A stretch of 64,000 nucleotides of DNA from Candidatus Sumerlaeales bacterium. Lineage in GTDB: Bacteria; Sumerlaeota; Sumerlaeia; Sumerlaeales; Sumerlaeaceae. The translations under genes and the position numbers were made by a program. The notes under the pieces were generated by a model. That model saw nothing but the letters and a program-made list of their open reading frames with translations. It was not told where the DNA came from and ran no database searches. Every line of letters starts with the position of its first letter. Positions within the stretch are counted from its first letter, which is position 1. Below, one piece after another: positions 27,948 to 38,330 of this stretch. Where the stretch lies: NCBI GenBank assembly GCA_036675025.1, contig JAKFFN010000054.1, positions 11,673 through 75,672 of the forward strand. The letters run 5' to 3'.

Positions 27948-29576
27948 CTACGGCTTTAACTGCTTTACGCGCTTATCATGCATCTCCACTACGTTGTTGA
28001 ACTCGTTGCGGTATTCGGCAGTTTCTGAGTACAGCGCCCAGTCAGCCACGGATGACGTCGGGCCGATGTAGTCGGCGCCTCCGCCCAGGGGGCCGCCTGT
28101 GGAATTGGCGTTGGCATATTCCGGTGACTGGACATCCGCAAAATCAGAATTGGAAGGCAGATAGCCGGCCTGTATTCCTGCGAACTGCGGATCTACATTG
28201 GTTGTTGCCGTGCCGGTCACTGTGGCAGACGTGCCCAGGGAAAACGGATTTGTTGTGCGCAGGGCGTAAGTGCCAGTGGTTACAATTGCGGTGCCCGCCA
28301 TGGAGAAGTTGTTTTCACCCGCCAGCGATATCACGTTGAAACCGTTGGTCGGAGCATCCACTTTGCCGGCAATGATGGTGTTTTCTGATACGATGTCGGT
28401 CACGGTGCCAGGTTCCATGCGGAAAACGTGGTAATTTGCAGCGGTGCGAGCACCAACAAGGGTGCTGTTTCTGAGAATTATCGTGCCTGTGGCCACATCG
28501 GTAGATGGCTTCTGCATCCACAGTACGCGGCGGGGCGATGACCACATGATGATGTTATCCATAGTAAATCGTACATCACCAAAACCGGCATCAACGATGG
28601 CATCCTGGCTGATGCCTTCCATGATCAAATCTGAGATATTGCGGAAGTTTGGGGCAGGGCCAGTGAAGGATAATGCTCTCGCAGCGTGCCCACGCATAAC
28701 AGGGCGCTGGCCACCGGTTGCTTTAACTTCCACGTCGCCTGCGCAGTTAAGTCCATCCCATGCGAAGGAAATTCCGCACTCGCCCTCCACCCTGGTCAGT
28801 CGGAACAGTGGAGCGAAGTTCAGCGGGTCCGTACCATACTCGTTAACCATCCAGACACAGAAAGTAAATGGGTTAAAGGTGGATGCATCGACGTCGAAAC
28901 GCAGGTGGGTAATTACCGTGTCTTTTACCAGCAGTTCTACACCCGCGCCTTCAAATCGGCCGGCAGTGCGGCCAAGAACAACACCATCGTCGCCCCATTG
29001 CACAATGTTCGGGTTGTAAGAAGCCTGGGTTGGGATAAGCTGGAGAACCTTGTTGGTTACGCCGTCAGTTACCAGCGGCTGGTCGTTGCCGTCATTGGGT
29101 GCAATAACGACCTGGTCCAGCGTGAGAAACAGGTTGTTGTTACCGTTCTCAATGGCGGTCTGCAGTTCCGTGGGCGGATTTTGCGCAGCGGGTGATTTCG
29201 TGGATTTTGCCGGGATGATATTGAGATTGCGGAGCGTGACCGACCCGCTGGTGATTGTTGACGGCAGGTTGATAAAAATGCCGCCATTGCTCAATGTTCC
29301 ATTAGTGTTAGCGAGAACAGCCAGGGTCGCGCTCGACGCCGTGCACTCGATGGTGACCGGCACTTCAATGTTAAAAACTTCTTCGTAAACGCTGGTATCG
29401 GTAATCTGGACCAGGTTCGCTGCGCCGGAGTCCGGATCGGTTGTAAAGTGGGCAAGCGCGGCAGCAATATTATTGTAAGTGCCTGAGCCCCCCTTATTGA
29501 CAGTTACAGTCTGTGCGGAAAGACTGACCGGCAAAGCCAGCAGTGCCGCGAGACTCCCTACAAATGCTAGACGCAT
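27948..29576 (-). CDS. Secreted right-handed beta-helix (pectate-lyase-fold-like) protein of unknown function
   Basis: GAGGTG lies before the ATG at 29576. A signal peptide is present (MRLAFVGSLAALLALPVSLSAQT). The body is rich in Asn/Gly/Thr repeats (NLNII, NNIIMW, TLRNSTLVGA) typical of parallel beta-helix proteins. Confidence 0.55.
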   Translation of the reverse strand: MRLAFVGSLAALLALPVSLSAQTVTVNKGGSGTYNNIAAALAHFTTDPDSGAANLVQITDTSVYEEVFNIEVPVTIECTASSATLAVLANTNGTLSNGGIFINLPSTITSGSVTLRNLNIIPAKSTKSPAAQNPPTELQTAIENGNNNLFLTLDQVVIAPNDGNDQPLVTDGVTNKVLQLIPTQASYNPNIVQWGDDGVVLGRTAGRFEGAGVELLVKDTVITHLRFDVDASTFNPFTFCVWMVNEYGTDPLNFAPLFRLTRVEGECGISFAWDGLNCAGDVEVKATGGQRPVMRGHAARALSFTGPAPNFRNISDLIMEGISQDAIVDAGFGDVRFTMDNIIMWSSPRRVLWMQKPSTDVATGTIILRNSTLVGARTAANYHVFRMEPGTVTDIVSENTIIAGKVDAPTNGFNVISLAGENNFSMAGTAIVTTGTYALRTTNPFSLGTSATVTGTATTNVDPQFAGIQAGYLPSNSDFADVQSPEYANANSTGGPLGGGADYIGPTSSVADWALYSETAEYRNEFNNVVEMHDKRVKQLKP

Positions 29577-29659
29577 TGACCACCTCGTAGTAAATTAGGA
29601 TACTATTAACTTTATGGATGTATTAAATCTTGGGAGTCAAGGTTAACGCGAGTTAAAAC

Positions 29660-30577
29660 TCAAATAATTTTTAGGCTTCCCTGCTGCTCCAGGTCCTGTG
29701 CGGCTAACTCTGCCAGATTGAGGGCATCGGCCGCAGGACTGCTGTGCCGGGACCGTAAATGAACCCGACCATCCGGAGAGCAGACGGCCCCTCGAAACGT
29801 TGCCCGGCCGCTTTCTACTTCCAGCAAACACCCCGCAGCTGTATAGCATGTAGCGCCAATCAGCTGGCTGAATTTGCGTTCCGTCTCCGCCTGTAGGCGG
29901 CATTCCGAACTGTCAATTGCTCTCCAGTGATCTGCCCAGGGGCTGTTAATGGTCGATTGAACAACGACTATCCCCTGTCCAGGCGCCGAAACAAATTCTT
30001 CCGGTGTAAAAACCTGCGTGATGTGATGCTCCAGGCCGAGGCGGCACAGACCGGCCGCCGCCATAATTATGGCGTCAAACTCGCCGTCCATCAGCTTGCG
30101 GATTCGGGTCTCCACATTGCCGCGAACGCCGCAGACCTTCAGGTCGGGCCGGAGTGACAGCAGCTGCGCCTGCCTGCGCGGCGCGCCGGTGGCGACTACG
30201 CTACCTGGTGGCAGATCCTCAAGTCGCTGGCCATCGCGGGTCAGCAAAACATCCGCAGGATTTTCCCGCTCAGGAAACGCAACAAGCTCGAGGCCTGCTG
30301 TCACTTCATCTACTGGAACATCTTTCAGGCTGTGAACCGCCGCATCAGCGCGCCCATCAAGCACGGCCTGCTCTACCTCTTTTACAAACAGACCTTTATC
30401 GCCGCCAAGTTCCTGCAGCGGGCGATCCTGTATACGGTCCGGCTTTGTACTGATGATTACCGGCTCCACCTTCACCTGCGGGTCATACGCAGTCAGTAGC
30501 GCAGCTATACGATTTGTCTGCCAAAGCGCGAGGTTACTGCCGCGGGTTGCAAGTCGGATCAATTGTGAGTCAGCCAT
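29660..30577 (-). CDS. hemC: Hydroxymethylbilane synthase (porphobilinogen deaminase)
   Basis: The N-terminal sequence LIRLATRGSNLALWQT and the dipyrromethane cofactor Cys region are present. I chose the internal ATG at 30577 (MADSQLIRLATRGS), giving 306 aa; the track's longer N-extension (MGMQEILSALCTIEQVNKMRAVLHDQG...) is probably not translated. Confidence 0.85.
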   Translation of the reverse strand: MADSQLIRLATRGSNLALWQTNRIAALLTAYDPQVKVEPVIISTKPDRIQDRPLQELGGDKGLFVKEVEQAVLDGRADAAVHSLKDVPVDEVTAGLELVAFPERENPADVLLTRDGQRLEDLPPGSVVATGAPRRQAQLLSLRPDLKVCGVRGNVETRIRKLMDGEFDAIIMAAAGLCRLGLEHHITQVFTPEEFVSAPGQGIVVVQSTINSPWADHWRAIDSSECRLQAETERKFSQLIGATCYTAAGCLLEVESGRATFRGAVCSPDGRVHLRSRHSSPAADALNLAELAAQDLEQQGSLKII

Positions 30578-30757
30578 GCCTTGATCATGCAACACGGCGC
30601 GCATTTTGTTTACCTGCTCAATTGTGCAAAGTGCAGATAGAATCTCTTGCATTCCCAAACATGACTTTATCTGTTTAGAAGGGATTTGGACGTCCCGGAT
30701 GGTCTCTGCGATAGTCTCTGTCTTGCTGCATGCATGTTTTTTATCCCAAATATCAGG

Positions 30758-32350
30758 ATGGTCTCACTGCCTATGAAACTGGCAAAATGGCTGCACATTG
30801 TTCCTGTTGCTGCGCTGGCTGGCGCGGCACTGTTAGCTCCCGTCAATGCCGGCGCCCAAGGCGCCGGTGCTACGGCTATACCTGATGCGCCGCGCGAACT
30901 CCGCGCGGCCTGGGTTTCCACCGTCTATAACGGGAACTGGCCCAGCCGAAAAGGATTGCCGGTTCAGCAGCAACAGCAGGAACTGATCGCCATTATGGAT
31001 CGGGCCAAGGAACTGAACCTGAACGCCATTGTGTTCCAGGTGCGGCCAGGCGCTGACGCCATGTACGACAGCAAACTTGAGCCCTGGTCTGAGTTTCTGA
31101 CAGGCGCGCAGGGGCAGGCCCCACAGCCGTATTATGATCCGCTGCAGTTTGCCGTGCAGGAAGCGCATCGGCGCGGCCTGCAGCTTCACGCGTGGTTCAA
31201 TCCCTACCGCGCAGCCACGCGCCTCAGCGGCAGCTTTGCTTCGAACCATGTTTCCAACACAATGCCCCAGGCCACAAAGCGCCTGGATACGCTGATGTGG
31301 CTGGATCCGGGTAACAAACAGGCACAAGACCATACGCTGTCTGTCATCATGGACGTGGTTCGCCGTTACGACGTCGATGGTGTACAGTTTGATGATTATT
31401 TCTACCCCTATGCCAGCTACGTTGAAAAGATGGGCGGTTTTCCGGATGATGATACCTGGAGCCAGTACCAGTCTGGCGGCGGCAAGCTGAGCCAGGGCGA
31501 CTGGCGCCGCGAAAATGTCAACACGCTCATGCGGCGGGTCTATGAATCTGTTAAGCAGACCAAGCCGCGGGTTTACTTTGGCATCGCACCGTTTGGCATC
31601 TGGCGCCCGGGCAACCCTGAAGGCATTGTTGGTATGGACCCCTATGAACAGCTCTACGCTGACAGCAAACGCTGGCTGAACGAGGGCTGGCTGGATTACA
31701 TTTCGCCGCAGCTTTACTGGGACCTGAGCAAGGAAAAGCAAAGTTATCCCAAACTGCTGAACTGGTGGGTGGAGCAGAATACCCGCAAGCGGCACGTATG
31801 GCCGGGCATTAGTATTTCCGGAGTTGGTAACGGTTTTCCCACCGACGATATTATCAAGCGCATTGAAATCACCCGTAAGCAGCCGGGCGCCACTGGCATT
31901 ATCTATTTCAGCATGAAGCCGCTGATGGAAAACCAGGCTGGAATTAATGACGCGCTGAAGAAGCAAGCTTATCAGACGCCCGCCCTTGTTCCGCCCAGCC
32001 CCTGGATGGACAACCAGGCGCCTGCGCCGCCCACGGCTACTGTGGGGCGCGACATTGCGACAGGCGGCATGTCGGTTCGGTGGACCGCTCCGCGTGAAGC
32101 TGATGCGTTCCTGGTTTGCGTGTATGCGCGGGTGAAGAACGCCTGGCGCTTTGATGTGGTGCCTGCCTCAGCGGGCGGGTATAACTTCCCGGCGAGCGGT
32201 GCAATTCCTGACGCTGTGGTTGTTTCTACCGTGGACCGTACTGGAAATGAAAGCCAGAAGCAGCAGGTTGCACTCAGCGGCGGCGGGGCAAGTGGTGGCA
32301 TCAACATTCCGGCCCCGGTTACTGCCCCTGCGTTGCCTTACAATATGTAA
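30758..32350 (+). CDS. GHL10-family (DUF187, YddW-like) glycoside-hydrolase-like lipoprotein/secreted protein
   Basis: A signal peptide is followed by RAAWVSTVYNGNWPS...LNLNAIVFQVRPGADAMY, the TIM-barrel glycosyl-hydrolase-like 10 signature. A paralog lies at 55685-56893. Confidence 0.65.
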   Translation: MVSLPMKLAKWLHIVPVAALAGAALLAPVNAGAQGAGATAIPDAPRELRAAWVSTVYNGNWPSRKGLPVQQQQQELIAIMDRAKELNLNAIVFQVRPGADAMYDSKLEPWSEFLTGAQGQAPQPYYDPLQFAVQEAHRRGLQLHAWFNPYRAATRLSGSFASNHVSNTMPQATKRLDTLMWLDPGNKQAQDHTLSVIMDVVRRYDVDGVQFDDYFYPYASYVEKMGGFPDDDTWSQYQSGGGKLSQGDWRRENVNTLMRRVYESVKQTKPRVYFGIAPFGIWRPGNPEGIVGMDPYEQLYADSKRWLNEGWLDYISPQLYWDLSKEKQSYPKLLNWWVEQNTRKRHVWPGISISGVGNGFPTDDIIKRIEITRKQPGATGIIYFSMKPLMENQAGINDALKKQAYQTPALVPPSPWMDNQAPAPPTATVGRDIATGGMSVRWTAPREADAFLVCVYARVKNAWRFDVVPASAGGYNFPASGAIPDAVVVSTVDRTGNESQKQQVALSGGGASGGINIPAPVTAPALPYNM

Positions 32351-32456
32351 TCAGCTGGGCAGGTCGCGCCGAAGCATTTTAAACCAGGTGCGCGAATGGC
32401 CTGGCGCTGGCGCAGGTTCAAGGTAATCAAATTTAGCATACAGGTGCATTAGAACT

Positions 32457-33587
32457 ATGGCTCTCCATATCGATCCTCGCGACCAGAAACTGGCGCGTAT
32501 GCTCGTTTCCTATTCCGTAAAAGCGAAACCGGGTGACCTGGTGTTTATCCAGGTCTCAGGCGATGACGCGCTTTCACTGGCTGCGGCCTGCGTTGAGGAG
32601 ACGGCGCGCGTCGGGGCGGCCCCGTACCTGCATGTTGTGGATGCGGAAATCCAGCGCCGTTTTTTGCGCACGGCTGACGAAAAAGTTTTCAAGCGCCTGG
32701 CGCAGCTGGAACTCAAACAGATGAAAGATGCCGACTGTTTCATCGGGATTCGCGGCTCGCAAAACATCTTTGAGCTGAGTGACGTGCCCCGCCAACAGAT
32801 GGAATCCTACACGAGAAACGTGGTGAAACCGGTGCACCTGGAAGAGCGTGTAAAGCGGACTCGATGGGTGGTCCTTCGCTACCCGAACGAAAGCATGGCC
32901 CAGATGAGCGGGTCGAGTACGGAGAGTTTTAAGGATTTCTATTACGGCGTATGCCTGGTAGATTATCAGAAGATGGCGCGGGACGTGAAACCGCTGCAGA
33001 AGTTGATGGATAAAACGGACCGCGTACACCTGAAGGGTCCGGGTACCGACCTGGAGTTTTCCATAAAAGGTATCCCATCTATCCCCTGCTGCGGCGAAAT
33101 GAACGTGCCGGACGGCGAATGCTTTACTGCTCCAGTGAAGACCAGCGTAAATGGCACCGTTGCCTTTAATGCGCCCACTGTATGGCAGGGCAGTCCTTTT
33201 GATGGCGTACGGCTGCGGTTTGAGAAGGGCAAAGTGGTAGAGGCGACGGCGGCTGATGCCGCGCAGACCAGGAAACTCAACGAAGTGCTGGACCAGGACC
33301 CTGGCGCGCGCTACCTTGGCGAGTTTTCCATCGCGTTTAACCCGAAGGTTCTCCACCCGATGCGCGACATTCTGTTTGATGAAAAGATCGCTGGCAGCTT
33401 CCATATGGCCCTAGGCCAGGCATACGATGAAGCCAGCAATGGCAACAAAAGCGCTGTTCACTGGGACATGGTCTGCATACAGCGTCCGGATTATGGCGGC
33501 GGAGAGATCTGGTTCGACGGTAAACTCATCCGCAAAAACGGCAAGTTTCTGCCAAAAGAACTGGCCGCGCTAAATAGCCGCAAGTAA
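32457..33587 (+). CDS. Aminopeptidase, M29 (AmpS/PepS thermophilic metalloprotease) family
   Basis: I recognise the N-terminal region MALHIDPRDQKLARMLVSYSVKAKPGDLVFIQ... and the overall ~370-aa length as characteristic of the AmpS/PepS family. Confidence 0.7.
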   Translation: MALHIDPRDQKLARMLVSYSVKAKPGDLVFIQVSGDDALSLAAACVEETARVGAAPYLHVVDAEIQRRFLRTADEKVFKRLAQLELKQMKDADCFIGIRGSQNIFELSDVPRQQMESYTRNVVKPVHLEERVKRTRWVVLRYPNESMAQMSGSSTESFKDFYYGVCLVDYQKMARDVKPLQKLMDKTDRVHLKGPGTDLEFSIKGIPSIPCCGEMNVPDGECFTAPVKTSVNGTVAFNAPTVWQGSPFDGVRLRFEKGKVVEATAADAAQTRKLNEVLDQDPGARYLGEFSIAFNPKVLHPMRDILFDEKIAGSFHMALGQAYDEASNGNKSAVHWDMVCIQRPDYGGGEIWFDGKLIRKNGKFLPKELAALNSRK

Positions 33588-33622
33588 GCCTTAGCGCCGG
33601 GCAAGACCCCGGCGCTCCCTAA

Positions 33623-34078
33623 TTACCGCTGCGAGTTTCTCGGCCTGCGGGTCCTGGAGTTGTCGTCTGTTGTCGTTGCCTCCCGGGTTCGGCCACTTCT
33701 GCGCCCACGTCTGGACAGATTTTCAGACTCCGACGATGAACCCGATTGCACAGAAAGCGAACCGGCTGCGGTTCCGGCAGTAGAACTGCCAGCGCCTATG
33801 CCTGAGGCCGCACTCCCGGCTGAGGGTTTTGTCGGCCCCATGCTACCGGCTGACGGTTTGACCAGTGTCATGCTACCGGCCTGCGGCTTACCTGACGAAA
33901 CGCTGCCAGCACTTGGTTTTCCTATGGTTAGGCTTCCAGCGCGCGCCGGTGATGTCAAGCTGCCAGTCCTAACTGATGACTCCGCAGGTTCATTCTCCTG
34001 ATCCTGGCCGCTAGCCGGGGCCGAGCCAAAGATCATCACAGCACCGAGCAACGCTGCTATTGTAAAGTTCCCGTTCAT
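33623..34078 (-). CDS. Secreted low-complexity protein with iterated GKPSAGS-type repeats and an Arg-rich C-terminus
   Basis: A signal peptide (MNGNFTIAALLGAVMIFGSAPASGQ) precedes five repeats of the form (S/T)xKP(S/Q)AGS(V/M). The tail reads RRGRRSGRTRE...RTRRPRNSQR. Confidence 0.45.
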   Translation of the reverse strand: MNGNFTIAALLGAVMIFGSAPASGQDQENEPAESSVRTGSLTSPARAGSLTIGKPSAGSVSSGKPQAGSMTLVKPSAGSMGPTKPSAGSAASGIGAGSSTAGTAAGSLSVQSGSSSESENLSRRGRRSGRTREATTTDDNSRTRRPRNSQR

Positions 34079-34118
34079 TGAGCACCTCTCTCATTTATTG
34101 TAACAATTTCTGCGCCGT

Positions 34119-35204
34119 TTATCGACCTCGGGGCCTTCTGGGCCGCGCCTGTCTCTTGCGCTCCATTTCTATCCGCTTTTCCTCAGCCTGCGCAACTTCC
34201 GCCTTCAACTGCACATAGTGCTCCAGCCGGTCCGGATCAAGGCGGTCGTCATCAATAGCCAGTTTTACCGCGCAACCGGGTTCATTTTCATGGCGACAAT
34301 CGGTGAAACGGCATTCCAGTGCCAGTTCGCGGATATCATCAAAGGCCTCTTCCAGACCCTCCCGGTGATCCATGAGCGTAACTTCGCGCATGCCGGGGGT
34401 ATCTATTACCAGCGCGCCATTGGGCAGTCGGATCAGTTCCCGATGAGTTGTCGTGTGGCGTCCCCGTTCGTCATTGCGTATTTCATTGACGCGCATGCGC
34501 TCTTCACCGAGCCAGCGGTTGATAAGGGTAGACTTACCTACGCCACTGGATCCGAGGAGCGCTACCACAATTCCGGGTTTTAAATATCCATCCAGCTCAG
34601 CCAGCCCTTTCTGGGTAACCACGCTTGTAGAATGTACCGGCGTATTCGGATCCAGGGCCTCGGCTTCCTCTACCATGCCCTCTTCGTCTTCGCCCGCAAG
34701 GTCGGCTTTAGTCAGGATAATCACCGGCTGAGCGCCGCTTTCACCCGCCAATGCGAGATAGCGTTCCAGCCGGCGCGGGTTAAAGTCACGGTTCAGGCTG
34801 GTTACGACAAAAATGATATCCATATTGGCCGCCACCACCTGCGTCTTGTGGGCGGTGCCGGCCATCTTTCGCCAGAACGACGACCGCCGCGGCAGAATTT
34901 CCTGCACAAGCCACGCCGCACCCTGGGTCACGGGTCTACGCAGTGCCACCCAATCGCCTATGGCCGGCAGCCCGGCGCGCTCCTTCTTCTCCTGTAACCG
35001 CAAACGCCCGGCGGCCGAAAAGTCCATGGCGCCTTCGGCAGTCCATACAGTACCCAGACCCCCGTAGGATACAGCAATCAGACCCGGTTCCAGACCCTGC
35101 TCACGGAGCGGCGCAAACGCAGCTTCCCGCTCCGGAGTCCATCCCACAGCCGACAGATCAATGGGTTCTACGGAAGCCGTATTTTCCTGCAGAGAGTCAC
35201 TCAT
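34119..35204 (-). CDS. rsgA: Ribosome small-subunit-dependent GTPase A
   Basis: The circularly permuted GTPase motif order is present: G4 (TKAD), G1 (GSSGVGKST) and G3 (DTPG). The C-terminal zinc finger is present (CRFTDCRHENEPGCAV). I chose the ATG at 35204; the track's longer version would overlap the MoxR gene. Confidence 0.85.
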   Translation of the reverse strand: MSDSLQENTASVEPIDLSAVGWTPEREAAFAPLREQGLEPGLIAVSYGGLGTVWTAEGAMDFSAAGRLRLQEKKERAGLPAIGDWVALRRPVTQGAAWLVQEILPRRSSFWRKMAGTAHKTQVVAANMDIIFVVTSLNRDFNPRRLERYLALAGESGAQPVIILTKADLAGEDEEGMVEEAEALDPNTPVHSTSVVTQKGLAELDGYLKPGIVVALLGSSGVGKSTLINRWLGEERMRVNEIRNDERGRHTTTHRELIRLPNGALVIDTPGMREVTLMDHREGLEEAFDDIRELALECRFTDCRHENEPGCAVKLAIDDDRLDPDRLEHYVQLKAEVAQAEEKRIEMERKRQARPRRPRGR

Positions 35205-35289
35205 ACAGGCTTTCTCAGGACCCGCGCCTTTTCCCGCGATCCGGCTAACCGGGTCACGGGGACAAGATTTTGACCTGCAAACGCAGCTG

Positions 35290-36267
35290 TCACAGTGGAA
35301 CCTCAACCTGCGTGAGGATGTGCTTCAGCACCCGCGTTTCCTGTTCATGCTGAAACCCGGCCGTATCATAGCCTTCACGCACAAGGATGCGGTGAGCCAG
35401 TACCGGCACTACCATTTCTTTTATATCATCAGGCACACAGTAATCGCGGCCTTCAATCCAGGCGCGCGCCTGGGCTGCTCGCCGCAGCGAGAGGGCGCCC
35501 CGTGTACTTACGCCGAGCACGATTTGCGGTGATTCGCGCGTTTCACGTACAATCCGGCCAAGGTAATCGAGCAGGGAGTCGGCCATCTGTACCGTCTCCA
35601 CATCGTTCTGCCAGCGGATCATATCTTCCGCCCCGATTACCGGTTCCAGCGATTCCGGACCGAACCCGCCACGCTGCACCCGCAGCACCGTCAACTCGTC
35701 CTGCAGCTCGGGATAGCCGATATGCAGGCGCATCATGAAGCGATCCATCTGGCTTTTCGGCAAAGGGAAGGTGCCGTGGAACTCTATCGGGTTCTGGGTT
35801 GCCAGCACCATGAATGGTCTTGGCAGGTCAAAAGTCTGTTTTTCTACGCTGACCTGGGCGCTGTTCATGGCTTCCAACAGCGCGCTTTGGGTTTTGGGGG
35901 TTGTGCGATTTATTTCATCCGCAACTACGACATTGGCAAACAGAGGCCCCGGCTTAAACTCAAACTCGCGCCGCACCTGGTCATACAGCGTAACGCCTAA
36001 AATGTCGCTCGGCAGCATGTCGCTGGTGAACTGGATTCGGCTGAAGGAAAGGTTCAGACTTCGGGCAAGGCAATGGGCAAGAGTGGTTTTTCCTACGCCC
36101 GGCACATCCTCAAGGAGCAGGTGGCCCCGGCCCAGCACGCATATGAGCGAATTGCGTACAATATCCGATTTCCCCTTAATAACTTTCTCTATGTTCTCCT
36201 GCAACTTCGCGACTTCAGGACGCATCGATGTAACTGTCATAGGCTCCCCGCACTGCGGCTTTTCCAT
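35290..36267 (-). CDS. MoxR-family AAA+ ATPase
   Basis: The Walker A motif is GVGKTTLA, the Walker B is VVADEINR, and a MoxR-typical C-terminal helical domain follows. 325 aa. Confidence 0.85.
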   Translation of the reverse strand: MEKPQCGEPMTVTSMRPEVAKLQENIEKVIKGKSDIVRNSLICVLGRGHLLLEDVPGVGKTTLAHCLARSLNLSFSRIQFTSDMLPSDILGVTLYDQVRREFEFKPGPLFANVVVADEINRTTPKTQSALLEAMNSAQVSVEKQTFDLPRPFMVLATQNPIEFHGTFPLPKSQMDRFMMRLHIGYPELQDELTVLRVQRGGFGPESLEPVIGAEDMIRWQNDVETVQMADSLLDYLGRIVRETRESPQIVLGVSTRGALSLRRAAQARAWIEGRDYCVPDDIKEMVVPVLAHRILVREGYDTAGFQHEQETRVLKHILTQVEVPL

Positions 36268-36359
36268 TTAGGACAACAACGTTTTGTGAATCATTTCAAT
36301 ACAATAGCTGTCGAACGGCAGAAGCAATCTTAGACGACCAAATGAAACTTGAGGTTCAG

Positions 36360-37124
36360 ATGAAAAAGTCACTCCTGGTATTTGCTGCAGCAGCGGCACT
36401 CACCTGCAGTTCTGCACAGGGGCAGGGTTTCCTGTCTTCCATAAAAGACAAACTCACAGGCAACGATGATGCAGCGGCCCAGCAACAGGCTCAGCAGCAG
36501 CAGATGCAGGCGCAACAACAGGCACAGCCAACACCCGTGCCGGCAGAAGGCCAAGAAGGCCGCACCGTTAAGGGCGAGGGCGGCAAGAATGTGAAGATTA
36601 TGCAGGGCACCCCGCCAGCGCAGGCCCAGAAAACCCCTACGAAAGAAGAAATTCGTAAGGGAGCTGAACGCCTGAAGGGCCAGATGGCACCGGAACGCAT
36701 CCCCGGCAACCTGTTCGACCGCTATGAAGGCATCTGGAATGGTGACTTCTGGGTCTACAGCCCCCAGGGTCAGCTTGAAGAAAGCAAGTCCGTAAAGATC
36801 GAGTATAAGAAGAACGGCAAAAACCTGGTGATGGAAACCTTCTATGCTGATCGAATCAGCAAGCAGTGGGTTGTAGCCGAGACGGCCACTTACACCAATG
36901 AAGGCGACAAGGTATCTGTCTCCATCCGCCGCCCCAGCAATGATGTAGCCACCCAGACTGGACACTTCAATGACGGGCAGCTGTTCCTCGTAGCCAATAT
37001 TAAAGATGGCGTAGAGCACTACCGCGAACGTATTGACGGGCAGCGCCTGCTGGTAGATGGCTTCGGCGTCTATGGTGGCAGCGACAGCCATGTGTTCATC
37101 GGGCGCTTTGTTCGCCAGCGGTAA
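36360..37124 (+). CDS. Secreted protein with a Gln-rich low-complexity linker; function unknown
   Basis: GAGG lies 5 nt before the ATG at 36360. A signal peptide (MKKSLLVFAAAAALTCSSAQG) is followed by a QQQAQQQQMQAQQQAQ tract and a ~150-aa globular C-terminal domain. Confidence 0.5.
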   Translation: MKKSLLVFAAAAALTCSSAQGQGFLSSIKDKLTGNDDAAAQQQAQQQQMQAQQQAQPTPVPAEGQEGRTVKGEGGKNVKIMQGTPPAQAQKTPTKEEIRKGAERLKGQMAPERIPGNLFDRYEGIWNGDFWVYSPQGQLEESKSVKIEYKKNGKNLVMETFYADRISKQWVVAETATYTNEGDKVSVSIRRPSNDVATQTGHFNDGQLFLVANIKDGVEHYRERIDGQRLLVDGFGVYGGSDSHVFIGRFVRQR

Positions 37125-37136
37125 AAGTCCGCACCA

Positions 37137-37604
37137 TTGCGAAAGCTCATAAAACAGATTCTCGGCCGGGTAAGACGAAACAGCTCTTGCCCGGCCGTTT
37201 CTGTTGAACATGGGACGGCCGCCACGCGAGAGGATATCCGGCGAAAACAACTGGGCCGGCTTGGCGAAGACGCAGCCGAGGAAGCGCTTCTGCGCAATGG
37301 GTACCGGATCCTTGATCGCAACTACTCCTGCCGCAGCGGTGAGATAGATATCATTGCCGAACACGATGGTCACATCGCGTTTGTGGAAGTTAAGACCCGT
37401 TCCCCACGGTCTTGGAACACACCAGAAAGCGCTGTGACGACGGAGAAGCAGGCTCGCATCATTCGCGCTGCGGCATATTACCTGGGGGCGTTTAGAGATC
37501 CTTCTCCCACCCGCTATGATATAGTGAGCGTTTTTACGGATGACGAGGGCGCCGTTACAAAAGTCGAAGTAAAAGCTGGCGCGTTTAATGCCAGTAAAGG
37601 CTGA
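37137..37604 (+). CDS. YraN-family (UPF0102) predicted endonuclease
   Basis: [50 protein letters not shown] matches the YraN restriction-endonuclease-like core. The only in-frame start is the TTG at 37137, which gives an atypically long N-terminus. A nearby ATG at 37209 is out of frame. Confidence 0.6.
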   Translation: MRKLIKQILGRVRRNSSCPAVSVEHGTAATREDIRRKQLGRLGEDAAEEALLRNGYRILDRNYSCRSGEIDIIAEHDGHIAFVEVKTRSPRSWNTPESAVTTEKQARIIRAAAYYLGAFRDPSPTRYDIVSVFTDDEGAVTKVEVKAGAFNASKG

Positions 37605-37627
37605 TTCTACTAGAACAAAGGGCCTTT

Positions 37628-38188
37628 ATGGATACCGAAAAAGATAAAATGCTCCGCGGCGAAATGTACATCGCCTTTGATCCTGAACTTGTACGCGAAC
37701 GCGAGCATTGCCGGGCGCTTACGCGGGAATATAACGCCACGACTGAGACTGAATACGAAAAGCGCACGGAGCTCATAAAGCAGTTGTTTGGCTCGGCGGG
37801 CGCCAATGCCTACGTAGAGCCCACCTTCCGCTGCGATTACGGCTACAATATCTATGTGGGCGACAATTTTTACGCGAACTTCGACTGCGTGATACTCGAT
37901 GTATGCCCGGTGCGCATGGGCGACAACTGCTTCCTGGCACCCGGCGTTCATATTTACACGGCTACGCATCCATTAAATGCAGTGGAACGGGCTTCAGGTA
38001 AGGAATTCGCCAAGCCCGTCACCATTGGGAGCAACGTGTGGATTGGCGGCTGCGCCGTCATTATACCTGGAGTAGTAATAGGCGATAATGTGGTTATAGC
38101 GGCCGGAGCGGTCGTTACCAAGTCATTCCCGGACAATGTTCTTATCGGCGGAAACCCGGCCAGGATCATCAAAGAGATTCCCCTGTAG
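37628..38188 (+). CDS. maa: Maltose/galactoside O-acetyltransferase (left-handed beta-helix hexapeptide family)
   Basis: The N-terminal Mac domain ([14 protein letters not shown]) is followed by hexapeptide repeats ([31 protein letters not shown]). Confidence 0.8.
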   Translation: MDTEKDKMLRGEMYIAFDPELVREREHCRALTREYNATTETEYEKRTELIKQLFGSAGANAYVEPTFRCDYGYNIYVGDNFYANFDCVILDVCPVRMGDNCFLAPGVHIYTATHPLNAVERASGKEFAKPVTIGSNVWIGGCAVIIPGVVIGDNVVIAAGAVVTKSFPDNVLIGGNPARIIKEIPL

Positions 38189-38330
38189 CCGGGTGCTGCC
38201 GCAAGTTTTCTGTTGAACCCTGCGCCGGCGCGGCTAATCCAAGGACCTGTTGATGCAGCCAAGCTTGTTACCTCAAGTTATGTTAAAGCCTACTTTTCGA
38301 TAATGCGATTCCAAATAGGCAGGAGCCTGA

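Noticed and set aside
30578-30658. An N-terminal 27-aa extension of HemC in the ORF track (MGMQEILSALCTIEQVNKMRAVLHDQG)
   Set aside because: HemC homologs begin near LIRLATRGS. The extension has no conserved features. The internal ATG at 30577 gives a standard-length protein.
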